Positions 49,761 through 63,683 of a DNA stretch of 64,000 nt are shown here, in pieces. Source of the stretch: Octopus sinensis (taxonomy: Eukaryota); contig NC_043002.1 in NCBI RefSeq assembly GCF_006345805.1, positions 54,436,001 through 54,500,000 on the forward strand, written 5' to 3'. How positions within the stretch are numbered: position 1 is the first letter of the stretch; every line of letters begins with the position of its first letter. The notes below the pieces were generated by a model. The model made no database searches and was not told where the DNA came from. It worked only from the letters and a program-made list of their open reading frames with translations. The position numbers and the translations under genes are program-made.

Positions 49761-50639
49761 CAAATCTACCCATCTACGATGAAGGCATAAAATGAGGGAG
49801 GGAAGTCATAACAGCAATATGTATTGAGAAATGTATAAATGGGCTTGATAGATCACTGGGTGATGTCTTAGAGAAATCACATTATTGTTGGTGATGCAGC
49901 ATTCTATTGTAGCTATATGGCATGTGTTTGCGACTAAGTGACATGTGATGACGATTCACTCCCGAACTGAAATAGGCTCCCAATCTCTGTCTCATGAATG
50001 GTTATGTGGACCACTCCTAACGAAAGCCAAAGCTTCCTTCAACCACCACATAAAAAGTATCATGAAAAAATGTTATTTAGATATACCTTTATTTTAGTTG
50101 TTTACACTCTTTTACGCTTGTATATACTCTTATACAAAGTTCACAAATTCCTTATTTGAATTATGAATCATATTCCTTTCGATAATATCAATATGATTAC
50201 AAAACTTCTTTGTTGACAATATTCTCTGTTTGTTCAATACTAATTTTCAAATTACTGAAGTCCGTTGCTCAACTCATAGCGACGTATAATTGGCCGTGTG
50301 TAAACATCGGGGTGGGTAAAAATACACCTACACGATCTTAAGTCTGACTCTGTGCCTTGTTTTCTTTGAATGCGCGAGCGGAATCTTTAGGGTTGCAAAA
50401 AAAAAATCAAACTAAGACTTACCTCTCACTGTTCTATGCGAATAATGTCTGGATATGCGAATAATGTCTGGTACAATGAGTTATTTTGATTGACAAAACT
50501 GATATGTGAACAATAGCCGCTTCGATTGGCCATTTCGAATCCTGCCAAACTTCAATAACCGCTAAATAATCACACACACTATATACTGACACACACTTTT
50601 TCCATTTTATTTCGCTATTAACTGTCCTCGTGGCCTCGT

Positions 50640-51220
50640 TCGTATCTACATTGGAGCCACGAACTGTACGATGAAAATCCAGAGTTATTCGTGGTCGGTG
50701 AATTTTTAATAAAAATGCGAAGGTGGTTTATCAATTCAAAAATCGATATCCACAAAATAATCATACTTTCTAATTTTTTAATGCTAAAAACCTTCTTGAC
50801 AACTGTCTTCGTAATCCCGAAAAATATAACCATTGGTTCATCCATCTGGCCGTGAAGAGGGAACAGACAAAGAGACGGACATAACGCCCGATAGCAAATT
50901 TGTCATCTACGATGGGAAATAAAGGGATAGTATCGCAAATCTAAACCTTCTAAATTCACGAACTATACGTGGGGTGGAGGTGGGGGAATCCAGAGTTAAT
51001 ATTCGTCGACGGAATTTAAACAAAAAACATCAAAGATGATTTAATACAAAACTCAATAGCCATTAAATAATCATACATTTTCACATTTTTGTGGGGAGGT
51101 AAAAACTTTCCTGATTACCTCCTTCGTAATCCTGAAAAACATCGTGACCATTGGTCCAGCCGTTTGACCGTGAAGAGGGAACAAACAGACAGATGGACAT
51201 AACGCCCATTATAGTAAACA
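50640..51220 (+). mobile_element. Two tandem ~300-bp non-autonomous Helitron-like units
   Basis: CACGAACT 50659/50957; CCGTGAAGAGGGAACA..GGACATAACGCCC 50850/51168; ATTGGTCCAGCCGTTT and (ACAG)n resemble Lep1-type ends. Confidence 0.55.
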
Positions 51221-51439
51221 GTTATACTTCACAGCCAGTAACTTGTTATTCTTAATTATGCTTTCAGCTCCTATTATCACTCATATTCACCCTCTGCTGT
51301 TTATTCTGAATTCTGTTAGAACCTTTTTTTGTTACTCAGACGACGGAAATGAGCCGAAGTATCAGCTTACTGTTCTCCTCCGAGGTAGAGAAACTTATTG
51401 AAATACATGGCTAAGAGGAAAGCTGATTGCCATACAAAC

Positions 51440-51965
51440 TTATATATATCTTTTGTCGTTTAGTCGAACAAATTGACCCCAGTACTTTTTTAAGGCCTGG
51501 TACTTATTCTATTGATCTTTTTTTGCCAAAGTGCTAAGTTATGGGGACATAAACACACCAACATCGGTTGTCAAGTGCTGGGGGGCACAAACACAGACGC
51601 AAAGACACGCACATGCACCATGGTATTATTTTAAAAAAAAAATCATCAGAATAAATGCTTTACGTTCTGATTTCAAATCCAGCCAAGGTCGACTCAGTCG
51701 TTCATTCTTTAGGGATCGATAAAAGAAATATCAGCTGAGCTTTGTGATCGATCTAACCGACTAACTCTCTCCCTCAAAATTGCTGGCCTTGTGACAAAAT
51801 TAGAAATCATTGTTTTGCGGTATTTATTCTCGTCCTTTACACTCTGAGTTCAAATCCCACCAAGGCGATCTCTACCTTTCATCAATAAAATAAACTAGTA
51901 GTCTCAAGTACTGAGCTCTATTGTATCAACTAACCCCTCCACCAAAATTGCCGGCCCTGCGCTTA
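51440..51965. mobile_element. SINE B tail (-) followed by two SINE A copies (+)
   Basis: CTAAGTTATGGGGACATAAACACACCAAC (B, minus); ACGTTCTGATTTCAAATCC and ACTCTGAGTTCAAATCCC (A). Confidence 0.75.
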
Positions 51966-51972
51966 ATTCATA

Positions 51973-52189
51973 CGAGGGGATGCTGAAAAATTCCTGGCTT
52001 TGGGTAGAAGAAAATACAGGAGTAACAGTTAATTATGATTTTATCCAACATATTCCCCTCTTAGAACCTGACACTTATTGCAGCGGTCCTTCAGTTTTTG
52101 TAATCCCTGTTAAAGAACTCAGAAGGTTGGGCCTCCAATCAGGCCATTCGAGATACTATTAAAACTAGGAATATTTCAGCACCTCCTCG
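51973..52189. mobile_element. Mariner-type MITE
   Basis: TA-CGAGGGGATGCTGAAAAATTCCTGG / CTAGGAATATTTCAGCACCTCCTCG-TA TIRs with TA TSD. Confidence 0.85.
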
Positions 52190-53969
52190 TAAACCGGTTT
52201 TAAAGAACGAAGTATTCAATGACGAAACTATCAAATACTATTAAACAACGGAAGTATTCAACAATGGAAATATTCTATTATTGTATCGTTTCGTATTTGG
52301 CGTGCTGATTCTTTTATAAATTGTCTGCTTTATATATTTGATGGAAAATTTTTTAAAATAATCAATAGGAAAAATACAACTGAAAAGTCATTAAATTGGA
52401 TACTGACCGGGAAATATAGGTTAAAATATTCTCAAGTGCACCACTTACAATTTCACGAAAGATTTACTGCCTCAATAGTTATTTAAATGGCCAAGAAATA
52501 TTGTAAAGTGGACGCCAAAATTAAATTTGATTTTACTCTGAAATGCTTCCACATGTTTTAGGTTTATCTCCATTGCGCAGCACCTTGGGCAAGTGTCTTC
52601 TAATATAGCCCTTGGTCGACCAGTGTCTTAAGTGTCAATTTGGTAGACGGAAGCTGCGTGGAAGTCTGTCGCATACAATAATAAATAATATAATATAATA
52701 TAATATAATATAATATAATATAATATAATATAATATAACATACACAAATACACACACATGTATGTATGTATGTATATGTGTATGTATATATGGGTACAGG
52801 ACGTCACCAACTATGCAAACAGCATGAAATACGTAAACAACGAGAGAGAAAAATGGAAAACAGGAAAAGTAAACACCGAGAAAGGACTCTTCATCAGTTG
52901 TCGGCTGTCTATCTACTCGCCATTCAACGATAATATGAATTTTCCAAGACAATTGCTCCCATAAATTCTAAAGTAAGATATAGAATTTATGGAGGGTCAA
53001 AGTGGGGAGCCAAAACATGACAGTGCAGACATACAGGGAAACCAGAACGAGAGGAAAATAGTGAACGCTGGGAGAAATATTTTCTTTTATATATACATAA
53101 GTGTGTGTGTGTGTGTGTATGTGTGTATGTCAGAGAGAGAGAGAGAGAGTCCATTCCTCACCACTTGACAATCGGCGTTGGTTTGTTGACGTCCCGGTCC
53201 GGCAAAAAATCCCGATAGGATAAGTGCCAGACTTACAATAAGTACTGAAGTCCGTTTGTTCGGCTAAAAACGAACAAGGTTGTGCTCCAGCACGGCTGCT
53301 ACCCAATGACTGAAACAAGTAAATGAGTAAGACATTAAAAAAGTTTGCATTTGACATTTTATGCGTATGATTTTCTCAGAAACCCTATAAAGGAAGTAAC
53401 ATTTTAAGTCTCATTTTTCAGAAAAAGAAAATGTGAGGTGAAGATATTAGCAAAACTTTCAATAAATCTATTCGCGAAAATAATATAAATAAATATATAT
53501 AAATATATATAAAATGATATACCTCTTCAAAAGTTAGTGACAACTGATAATACTCCGTGAATGATAGGGAAAATGTAAATTTTAATTTTTGTGTAAGGGC
53601 GAAAAATTTTCACTCTTCGTATATTATGTTATCCACGAATTCTGTGTTCCAAAATTTTAAATACCACACCATGATGCTGGCTGTTAAATTCAATTTATAA
53701 ACCACATCTGCAGCACAGACTGTTTAAATCCTTTTCAGAAGTAGATGTTGAGGAGGGTGAGCAAAGGAAAGGTCATTTGTTGAACTAAAAAAAACAAAAA
53801 ACAAAACAAACACTGCAGCAACAACGTGATGAATTTTATGATTCCTATTGGTTTACAGCTTTATCATTTTTAAATGATATGACAATGAAGCTTAATTGTT
53901 TTAATCTCGAGTTTCAAGAAGAAATGAAAACTTTTTCACAGTTTGCGTGTTCAGTAAATATAATCTGAT

Positions 53970-55215
<1,246 letters not shown>

Positions 55216-55671
55216 AGCTGCCCCGAAGATTTTAACATCGGAAGGCGGTGGTTTCGCAGATTCATTAAAGCATTGGACACACTGTTCCTTGTGTTTAGTT
55301 ATGACTCTTTATGTACTGAATTCATATCTCAATACGTACTTCTTGTAGTTCAAATCTCAGTAGATAATCTCTTACAATCAATTCCTTCCGAAGTCGACAA
55401 ACTAAAGTATCTGACAAATACTGGGTTGATTCGTAAAATATATTATACATATTAATGGAATTATAACAGAAAACGATGAACACGATTCCCTAATGCATAT
55501 CCCATCTTAGTGACTTCATGAGATTAGCATTAAAAAAAAATATACAAACAAGATACTAAAAATCATACCAAGGAAATGCAGTTTCAAGTAACTCATTAAA
55601 ATATTTCTTGTATTTAATAGTAATAACTTATATAATTGTACCTCCGTATATCACCATGTCTGTAATTACAA

Positions 55672-55702
<31 letters not shown>

Positions 55703-55723
55703 CATACATACATACATACATAC

Positions 55724-55800
<77 letters not shown>

Positions 55801-55914
55801 ATTTAATGTACGTAGTATAAAGATACGAGCTACTAATAGTTCCAGGCATTGGAGACACAAGTCTAGATAGGTTGTCATAACACGCCTGGTGTCTCCAAGC
55901 AATATTCGGGCTGA

Positions 55915-55968
<54 letters not shown>

Positions 55969-56163
55969 TTGCGAATCAAACTTTTTATGTATTCAGGTGC
56001 CAGCAGTACTTTATTACTAATGAAATAATATGTTCGATATTCCTGGCGGCAAAGCTTCCTCTATGAAGTGTAGCGTAATGAGGAAAGATTCAGTATCTTT
56101 TAAATAGCGATGTCATGGTGAGTCCTATAAACTATTGATATGACTAGAATACCCAGGGACTGA

Positions 56164-56226
<63 letters not shown>

Positions 56227-56418
56227 TTGATGGAGTGAACCAGGATATTTTAATAAACTAAAATTATACCCTTCATGATTAGAAAAAGAAAAAAAACTTA
56301 CATCATCTAACTGTTTTAAAGAAAGGCAGTGGGGGGGGGGGGGCTGGGATTTAGATTAACTGAAATTAATGAGATATAGAACTGAGTGAAGAGTGAGTCT
56401 AATCTTTAGCGGGGGAGA

Positions 56419-56461
56419 ACTACGAACACGTTTTGGTGTTATTAGACCTCATCAGCAAAGT
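56419..56461 (-). ncRNA. Decayed hammerhead motif
   Basis: ACTTTG-CTGATGA-GGTctaataacACC-AAAA(G12>A)-CGTG-TT-CGTAGT. Confidence 0.55.
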
Positions 56462-56830
56462 ATAGTCTAACTATTACTTCGAAACCTTAGAGAAAATGAC
56501 TCTTTGGAACCCAGAGAAGAGTATACATCTAATTTATCCAAGACAAATTTTTGAGGATATCTAATTGCATTTTACGCAATTTTGTGTTTAACATTATGTC
56601 TTTGATTTTATCTAATTTCCAATCGTTTTGCTGTGCACTTTTCTGTATATTGATATTTTTTTATGCTAGGTACATATGAACTTAAAGAAAAAATCCTGTA
56701 TTTCCAAGCAATGTTTCAATGTTCTTAGCTCCTCTCCACCAAGCTACAGGTATTATATTATTTCCTCGAATTCGACACAGAACGCGTGGGTGAATTAATG
56801 AAGATCTAGCATCAACTGATAATGTCCAAC
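56419..56830 (-). mobile_element. Penelope-like retroelement remnant: decayed GIY-YIG frame followed by a decayed hammerhead
   Basis: Minus strand FFKFICT*HKK..Y / TAKRLEIR*NQRH..HKIA..QKFVLD (56530-56700) resembles YxFxC..YIGxTxRxLxxRxxEH; hammerhead at 56419-56461 downstream on the same strand. Confidence 0.55.
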
Positions 56831-57386
56831 GCTGAGATAGACAGACTGATAGACAGATATATAAAACAGATAAGGAATCAGACACTCAGACAAATCGATA
56901 AATCTAGTTACAATTCTCTTTCATCTTATATCTTTAGATCCAAGTCTCTCCACCACCTTAACCTGCCCCATCGACGCCATCGTCCCCACACCCCATCATC
57001 ATCACGACCATGATCCTGACGATGATGATCATCATTATCATATCGCCCCTACAAGCAACAGCAGCAGAAGTAGCGGCACCAGCACCATCACCACCACCAT
57101 CACCACATCATTCCCACACATCATCAAAAGAACTACCACCACTACCCATTTACCCTCTATCCCGATTGTTTTTTTTTCCATCCTCCCCTTTCTCCTCACC
57201 GTGTATTCCCATCAATGATTCATTCTGATTCCCCCACTCCCCAATTTCCCCCCTTTCTTTCTGGATTTCCTGAAAATCTATAATTTGGGAATATTTCTCT
57301 TGAGTGTTTATAAAATTAGGGAAACCTAGAACATATCGTCGCCTTCGAGGGAACGAATTTTCATGTCGATAACGTTGTTGCTTCGT

Positions 57387-57707
57387 GAAAGCGCGTGGCT
57401 TAGTGGTTAGGGTATTCAGCTCACGGTCGTAAGGTCGTGAGTTCGATCCCAGCGGTGCGTTGTGTCATTGAGCAAGACGCCTTATTTCACCTTGCTCCAG
57501 TCCGCTCAGCTAGCAAAAATGAGTTGGTCCTGTATTTCAAAGAGTCGGCCTTGTCACATTCTGTGTCACGCTGAATCTCCCTGAGAATTACGTTAAGTGT
57601 ACACGTGTCTGTGGAGTGCTCAACCACTTACACGTTAATTTCACGAGCAGGCTGTTCTGTTAATCGGATCAACTGGAACACTTATCGTCGTAACCGATGG
57701 AGTGCCA
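57387..57707 (+). mobile_element. SINE family C
   Basis: GCGCGTGGCTTAGTGGTTAGGGTATTCAGCTCACG..GAGTTCGATCCC..CGATGGAGTGCCA. Confidence 0.9.
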
Positions 57708-57834
57708 AATGTCGTTTAACCCAAGGCCCAGTTTGAACAGACATGGTCGAAGGCGTTCCAGATATGACCGTCCCGAGCCGCATTAAGATTTTGTATGCCC
57801 CAGGGCTACAAATACTATGAGGCCACCAGCGATA

Positions 57835-58150
57835 GTAATTCTTTTTATTAGTTTCAGTCATTGGACTGCGGCCATGCTGGGGCACCGAACTGAAAGGTTT
57901 AGCTGAACAAATTAGCCTCAGGACTTATTTCCCTAAGCCTGGTACTTATTCTATCGATTCTTTTGCTGAACTGCTATGTTATGAGGACATAAACAAACCA
58001 ACACTGGTTGTCAAGTAGTAGTGGAGGGTAGACACACACACACACACACACACACACACCCACACACGTCGAGCTTCTATGCAATTCCCGTTTACCAAAT
58101 GCACTAACGAGGCCGAGATAGCACGAGGTTACAAAGCGAGCTTCCTAACC
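57835..58150 (-). mobile_element. SINE family B (minus)
   Basis: TTTCAGTCATTGGACTGCGGCCATGCTGGGGCACC and internal (CA)n. Confidence 0.8.
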
Positions 58151-58407
58151 ACGTAGACATGCCCGGGAAAAAAAAAAAGATGAAATCGATAGTTGTATGA
58201 TCATGTATATCATTGAATAAATCTGTTTTGAGACAAAATCTGAAAATTTTCCTGTGAAATTATGTGACAGATCATAAACACTGCATGACAACCTGGTCGT
58301 CCCCTACCCTCCATTCTCAACTATTCCGGAGCAACTGTACCTACTTAGTTTCCATGAATTTAATTGGAAAAAGGTTTTTTTTTCATATCATTACTCGAAG
58401 AACGAAA

Positions 58408-59035
58408 CGAGCTGGCAGATACGTTAGCACGCCGGGCGAAATGCGTAGCCGTATTTCGTCTACCGTTACGTTCTGAGTTCAAATTCCGCCGAGGTCGACT
58501 TTGCCTTTCATCCTTTCGGGGTCGATAAATTAAGTACCAGTTACACACTGGGTTCGATGTAATCGACTTAATCCGTTTGTCTGTCCTTGTTTGTCTTCTC
58601 TGCGTTTAGCTCCTTGTGGGTAGTAAAGAAATAGAAATAGGTATTTCGTCTGCCTTCATGTTCTGAGTACAAGTTCTGCCGAGATTGACTTTGCCTTTCA
58701 TCGTTTCAGGGTCGATAAATTAAGCACCAGTAAAACACTGGGGCTGATGTGATCGACTAGTCCCCTCCCCAGAAAATTCCAGGCCTTGTGCCTTTAGTAG
58801 AAAGGATTATTACTCGAAGTAGAACGCAGCGAGCTCGCAGAATCGTTAGAACGCCGGGTAAAATGCTTCGCGGTATTACGTCCGTCTATACGTCCTGAGT
58901 TCAAATGCTACCGCGGTCGACTTTGTCTTTCATTCTTTCGGGGTCGTTAAAATAAGTACTAATTGAGTAATGTAATCGACTTAACGCCTTCCCCGAAAGT
59001 GCTGGACTTCTACCAAAATTTGAAACCATTATTGC
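58408..59035 (+). mobile_element. Three head-to-tail SINE family A copies
   Basis: GAGCTGGCAG at 58408, internal restart at ~58640, GAGCTCGCAGAATCGTTAG at ~58830; spacer ATTA(C/T)TCGAAG recurs. Confidence 0.9.
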
Positions 59036-59329
59036 TCGAAGTAAGAAATTTTGTATGAGTTCTTCTGAATTTTTGAGTTGTCCTCAGGTTTCAGCGCGTA
59101 AAGCGATTGCCTACTTTGCTTAGTGCGCAGCGTAGGTTCTTCAATTCGTTCTTCCTTCTTCGTGTCGATAAGCAGTAATTCCAAGGAATTTGGCTGCTAT
59201 TTCTAGCTAGCCGAAAGACGTGGTACGGTAGGCATAGGCAACTTTTTTCGACTAGTCGCATGTGACATGGCTCATCATCAGGCAGGCTGCTCCAGTAAAA
59301 AAGAACAACCATGGTAATTAGCCGTTAGG

Positions 59330-59374
59330 CATGCCGTTCAGAAAGTCCCGCGGGCCGCAGTTTGCCCATGACTG
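59330..59374 (-). mobile_element. hAT-like terminal fragment
   Basis: GCGGGCCGCAGTTTGCCCATGACTG is a typical Charlie/hAT terminus. Confidence 0.45.
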
Positions 59375-59632
59375 CAGTAGAACTTCCCCTTTTGACTGGT
59401 TTTGCTGCTGTTGTCGTTGTTGTGTAATCTGATTGCGAATTTCAAATATTTGTATTCGTAAATCAACCACGAAAGCAAAGTAACATGTTATAGATATTAA
59501 CTTTAGATCGAATTGGTCCAACGGATGTAGAAGATCAAAGGTATTCCCGACAAAGCTATCTTTACTTGTTATCTTTTACTTGTTCCAGACTGTGGCCATG
59601 CTGGGGCATTGCCTTGAAGAATTTTTAGTCAA

Positions 59633-59829
59633 GGCGTAGGAGTGGCTGTGTGGTAAGTAGCTTACTTACCAACTACATGGTTCCGGGTTCAGTCCCACTG
59701 CGTGGCACCTTGGGCAAGTTTCTTCTACTATAGCCTCGGGCCGTCCAAAGCCTTGTGAGTGGATTTGGTAAACGGAAACTGAAAGAAGTCCGTCGTATAT
59801 ATATATATTTATATATATATGTGTGTGTG

Positions 59830-59878
<49 letters not shown>

Positions 59879-60068
59879 GTTTGTCCCCCCCCCCAACATC
59901 GCTTGACAACCGATGCTGATGTGTTTACGTCCCCGTCACGTAGCGGTTCGACAAGAGATAGAATAAGTACTAGGCTTACAAAGAATAAGTCTTGGGTCGA
60001 TTTGCTCGACTAAAAGTGGTGCTCCAGCATGGCCACAGACAAATGACTGAAACAAGTAAAAGAGTAAA
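59633..60068 (+). mobile_element. SINE family B, full length
   Basis: Collinear with 17917 and 35136 copies; internal (TA)(TG); AAAAGAGTAAA tail. Confidence 0.92.
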
Positions 60069-60148
60069 TGAATCGACCCTAGTAGTTATTTTTTTTTTAT
60101 CTATCGGTCTCTTTGCCAAATCGCTGTCGTCAATTTGTCAAGCGGTGG

Positions 60149-60190
<42 letters not shown>

Positions 60191-60227
60191 CACACACACA
60201 CACACACCTGCTTATGTTCCATGTGCG

Positions 60228-61830
60228 CTGTTGTTGTTTAACTCCAAATCAGACCTAATCAATGATGTTCAAACTATGACCATCCCGGTTTTTTTTAGAC
60301 ATAGTGTTTATGTATGAAGACAGTAACATACACTTTAAGGGGATTCAGCTGCTATTTCTAACACATCGAATGATCACATAGCGGCTCATTCTCTTAAAGG
60401 TTCTCTTATACATATCATTTACCGTTGTTTTCCTGTTGTTGTTCAACCCTAGCTCCTCTAATCGAGCAAACCTAAAACATAGGCACTCCAAGCTGACTAT
60501 CTGGTTTTTAAAATTTCGAATTCACTTTATCCAGAATTACATTATCAAATAATCTGATTTCAGGAAGATTTTGGCTGTTATTTCTAGCGTAAAGGTATCG
60601 TATTTTCATTCGTTTTGACTGTTATTGCTGCTGTTGTCAATTTGTTGCAACTGGTGCTGCTGTTGCTCCTGCTATTTCTCTTACTGTTACTTCTGTTCCG
60701 CTTGCAGCTGCTATGTGTCGTTGCTATGGTTTTTGTAACCAGTAAGTTTTACTGCTACTGTTGCTTCTCTCATTTCCGCTTTTGTTGTTCTTGTTGTCAT
60801 TAGCCTTATTGATATCTATGTTGCTATTGTTGTTGCTTAACACCAAGTCAACTCTGACCGAGCAGGCCTATCATTAGAAGCATTCCAGCCGTGACCATCT
60901 CGTCTTTTCCCTATATGTAGATAAGCCAAGATGACATTCACAAAATCGTCTTTTCCTCCTCCTTTAAACGGTAGGATGTAATTTGAAGGAGATTTAGCTG
61001 CTATCTTAAACAAATCGAGCGACTACATAGAGGTTCCCTTAGTAGTTCGCCCTTCCTTATTTAAAACAGTGGGGCACGATATGAGGGAGATTCAGATGCC
61101 GTTTCTAACACATTGAGCGACTGACTAATAGACAATCCTTCATTGGCTCATATTAGTATTAGCAGTTGTTCTTGCTGCTGTTTAGTCCAATGTCTGCTTG
61201 ACCGAGCAGAACTATTACCAAAAGTTCTCCAACAGAGACCATCCCGTCTTTTTAAGGGTATGTAGGACTACGTTATCTGTTGATGTGTCCTTTCCATATT
61301 GGTTGTTGCTGTTGTTGTATAACCCGAGTGAAGGCACGTGACTTAGTGGTTAGGATATTCGGCACACGATCGTAAGGTTGTGAGTTCAATTCCCAGCGAC
61401 GCATTGTGTCCTTGAGCAAGACACTTTATTTCACCTTGCTCCAGTCCACTCAGCTGGCAAAAATGAGTAGTACCTGCAATTCAAAGGGCCAGCCTTGTTA
61501 CACTCTGTGTCGCGCCGAATCTCCCTGAGAATTTCATTAAGGGTACACGTGTCTGCGGAGTGCTCAGCCACTTGCACGTTAATTTCTCGAACAGGCTGTT
61601 CCGTTCATTGGACCAACTGGAATCCTCGTCGTAGTAACCGACAGAGTGCCAGTATAACCCGAGATCATCTCTGACTGAACAGATCTATGATCAAAGTTGT
61701 TCAAGCCAGCCATGACTACTCTGTTTATGTTTCAGACATTATGTATTTTCTTGTTTTTAAGATGGTAGGATGTGGTTTGAAGGAGATCTGGTTGGCTGTT
61801 ATTTCTAGCAGGTCGTGCTGCTTGTGGAGT
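60228..61830 (+). mobile_element. Cluster of family F short repeats
   Basis: Recurrent TTTAACYCC..GAGCAGACCTA..CCATGACCATCCCG.TTTT..GGAGATTTGGCTGCTATTTCTARCA modules; other copies near 12150, 32050, 38600(-), 43200, 47500. Confidence 0.7.
61329..61651 (+). mobile_element. SINE family C with 12-bp TSD, nested in a family F copy
   Basis: GTATAACCCGAG at 61317-61328 and 61652-61663. Confidence 0.92.
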
Positions 61831-61869
61831 GTGGGTTGTGAGCTCATGAGACGTGGTAAATGTCAAGAG

Positions 61870-62268
61870 GGCCCTGGGTATTTATAGAAGTCATAATGTT
61901 TCTTAGAAATGGAATATATAAACCTGGTACAATACAATTTTGAACAGATGGATAGAGTATATAGGAGATTTATTTCATGATGAGAGAACAACATTGCTTA
62001 GTTTTCCAAATACTTATGAGGGTGCAAAGATCGTGCCATCTGAAGTACAGGCAGCCATCAAAATGGTAAGAAAAAACAGAATTGTCATTGAGATGACAAA
62101 AGCATTAGAGGAATATGGAATTAGAAAACTGACAAATGTAATAAATAAAGTCTATGATGATGGGAAATATCCAGAAGATCTGAGTAATTTCATCTTTATT
62201 GCACTCCCGAAGAAATCAAGAACGGTGGACTGTGAACAACATGGCACTATTGGTCTCATCGGTCACGA

Positions 62269-62270
<2 letters not shown>
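61870..62270 (+). mobile_element. RTE/BovB-like LINE fragment of a different family
   Basis: [64 protein letters not shown] (pre-RT region). Confidence 0.85.
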
Positions 62271-62327
<57 letters not shown>

Positions 62328-62328
<1 letters not shown>

Positions 62329-62437
62329 GCCTGCTCGCTTAGCCACCGGGGTGGCGTCATTCGAAGGCTATAACAATGCGAACGCATTGTGACCAGCGAT
62401 GTGTAACAACATCTGATGGTCTGCTCGGTCACGTGAT

Positions 62438-62445
<8 letters not shown>
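62328..62445 (+). mobile_element. Isolated 3' tail of the family E variant
   Basis: GGCCTGCTCGCTTAGCCA.CGGGGTGGCGTCATT...GGTCACGTGA(TA)n; reverse complement of 63357-63470. Confidence 0.85.
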
Positions 62446-62520
<75 letters not shown>

Positions 62521-63269
62521 GAGTGAGTGAGTGAGAGTTCTAGTAAACCTAAAACGTTGCATGGTTACGGCTGGAATACATTTGATCATATTATAATTTC
62601 AAAATCTTATCCCATCAGAGTCGAATGAGTTTAAACAACAACACCAACATCATTAACACCAACAACAAATACACACACACACATAACATGTTAAGCTCTT
62701 CTCTCCGATATTCCAATATTTTACATGTAAGCTATTTGGAATATTCTCCTCGTAACGTCTTCAGCTTTATGTCTGGCATCATCACCTGGATACAGAACAT
62801 TGATAAATAACTTGTCGCTGGTGTGTTTCTTTTCTAAGCTGCGATTGCGACTGTTACCTTTGTTACTACCGTTGTAATTGTCTGTGTTGTTGCTCTTGTT
62901 GTTGCTCTTATTTAGTTAGAATTTCTCTACCAGCATTTTACTTTGGTCGAGAATCTGAAGACAAAAAGAATACAAATTTGTCAATGATGGAATATTATAT
63001 TTTGTATAGTTTGGAACGTGCATGCGTCATGAAATTTGTCTTGAAAATTATTATTTCTATTCTTTTATTTGATCCAGTCATTGGACTACGACCATGCTGG
63101 AGCACTGCTTTGACGAACTTGGTTCTCATGTTAATATATGCTAATGATTGGTACTTTTTCTATCGACCTGCTTTTCCCGAACTATGATATTATAAAGATG
63201 TAAACAAACCAAAACCGGTTGGCAAGGTCTGAGATACAAACACAAAGACGCACAGTCATATGCAAATGA

Positions 63270-63356
<87 letters not shown>

Positions 63357-63360
<4 letters not shown>

Positions 63361-63637
63361 CGTGACCGACCAGACTATCAGATGTTGCTACACATCGCTG
63401 GTCACAATGCGCTTCGCATTGTTTTAGCCTTCAAATGACGCCACCCCGCTGGCTAAGCGAGCAGGCCAACAGAAGAAAGAGAGAAATTTGCGGCGAAAGA
63501 GTACAGCAGGGATCGCCCCCGCCCCCTCCCGGAGCTGTGTTTTTGCTCAATAAAGACTCACAACGCCCGGTCTGGGAATCGAAACCGCGATCCTACAACC
63601 ACGAGTCCGCTGCCCTAACCGCTGGGCCATTGTGCCT

Positions 63638-63640
<3 letters not shown>
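63357..63640 (-). mobile_element. SINE family E (minus) with an alternative 3' tail
   Basis: Head matches 41749; 3' part differs from the 41749 copy and matches 62328-62445. Confidence 0.88.

Positions 63641-63683
<43 letters not shown>

Noticed and set aside
59237-59287. Minus-strand CTGATGA..GAAAAAAGTT
   Set aside because: No stem III pairing and weak stems I and II.
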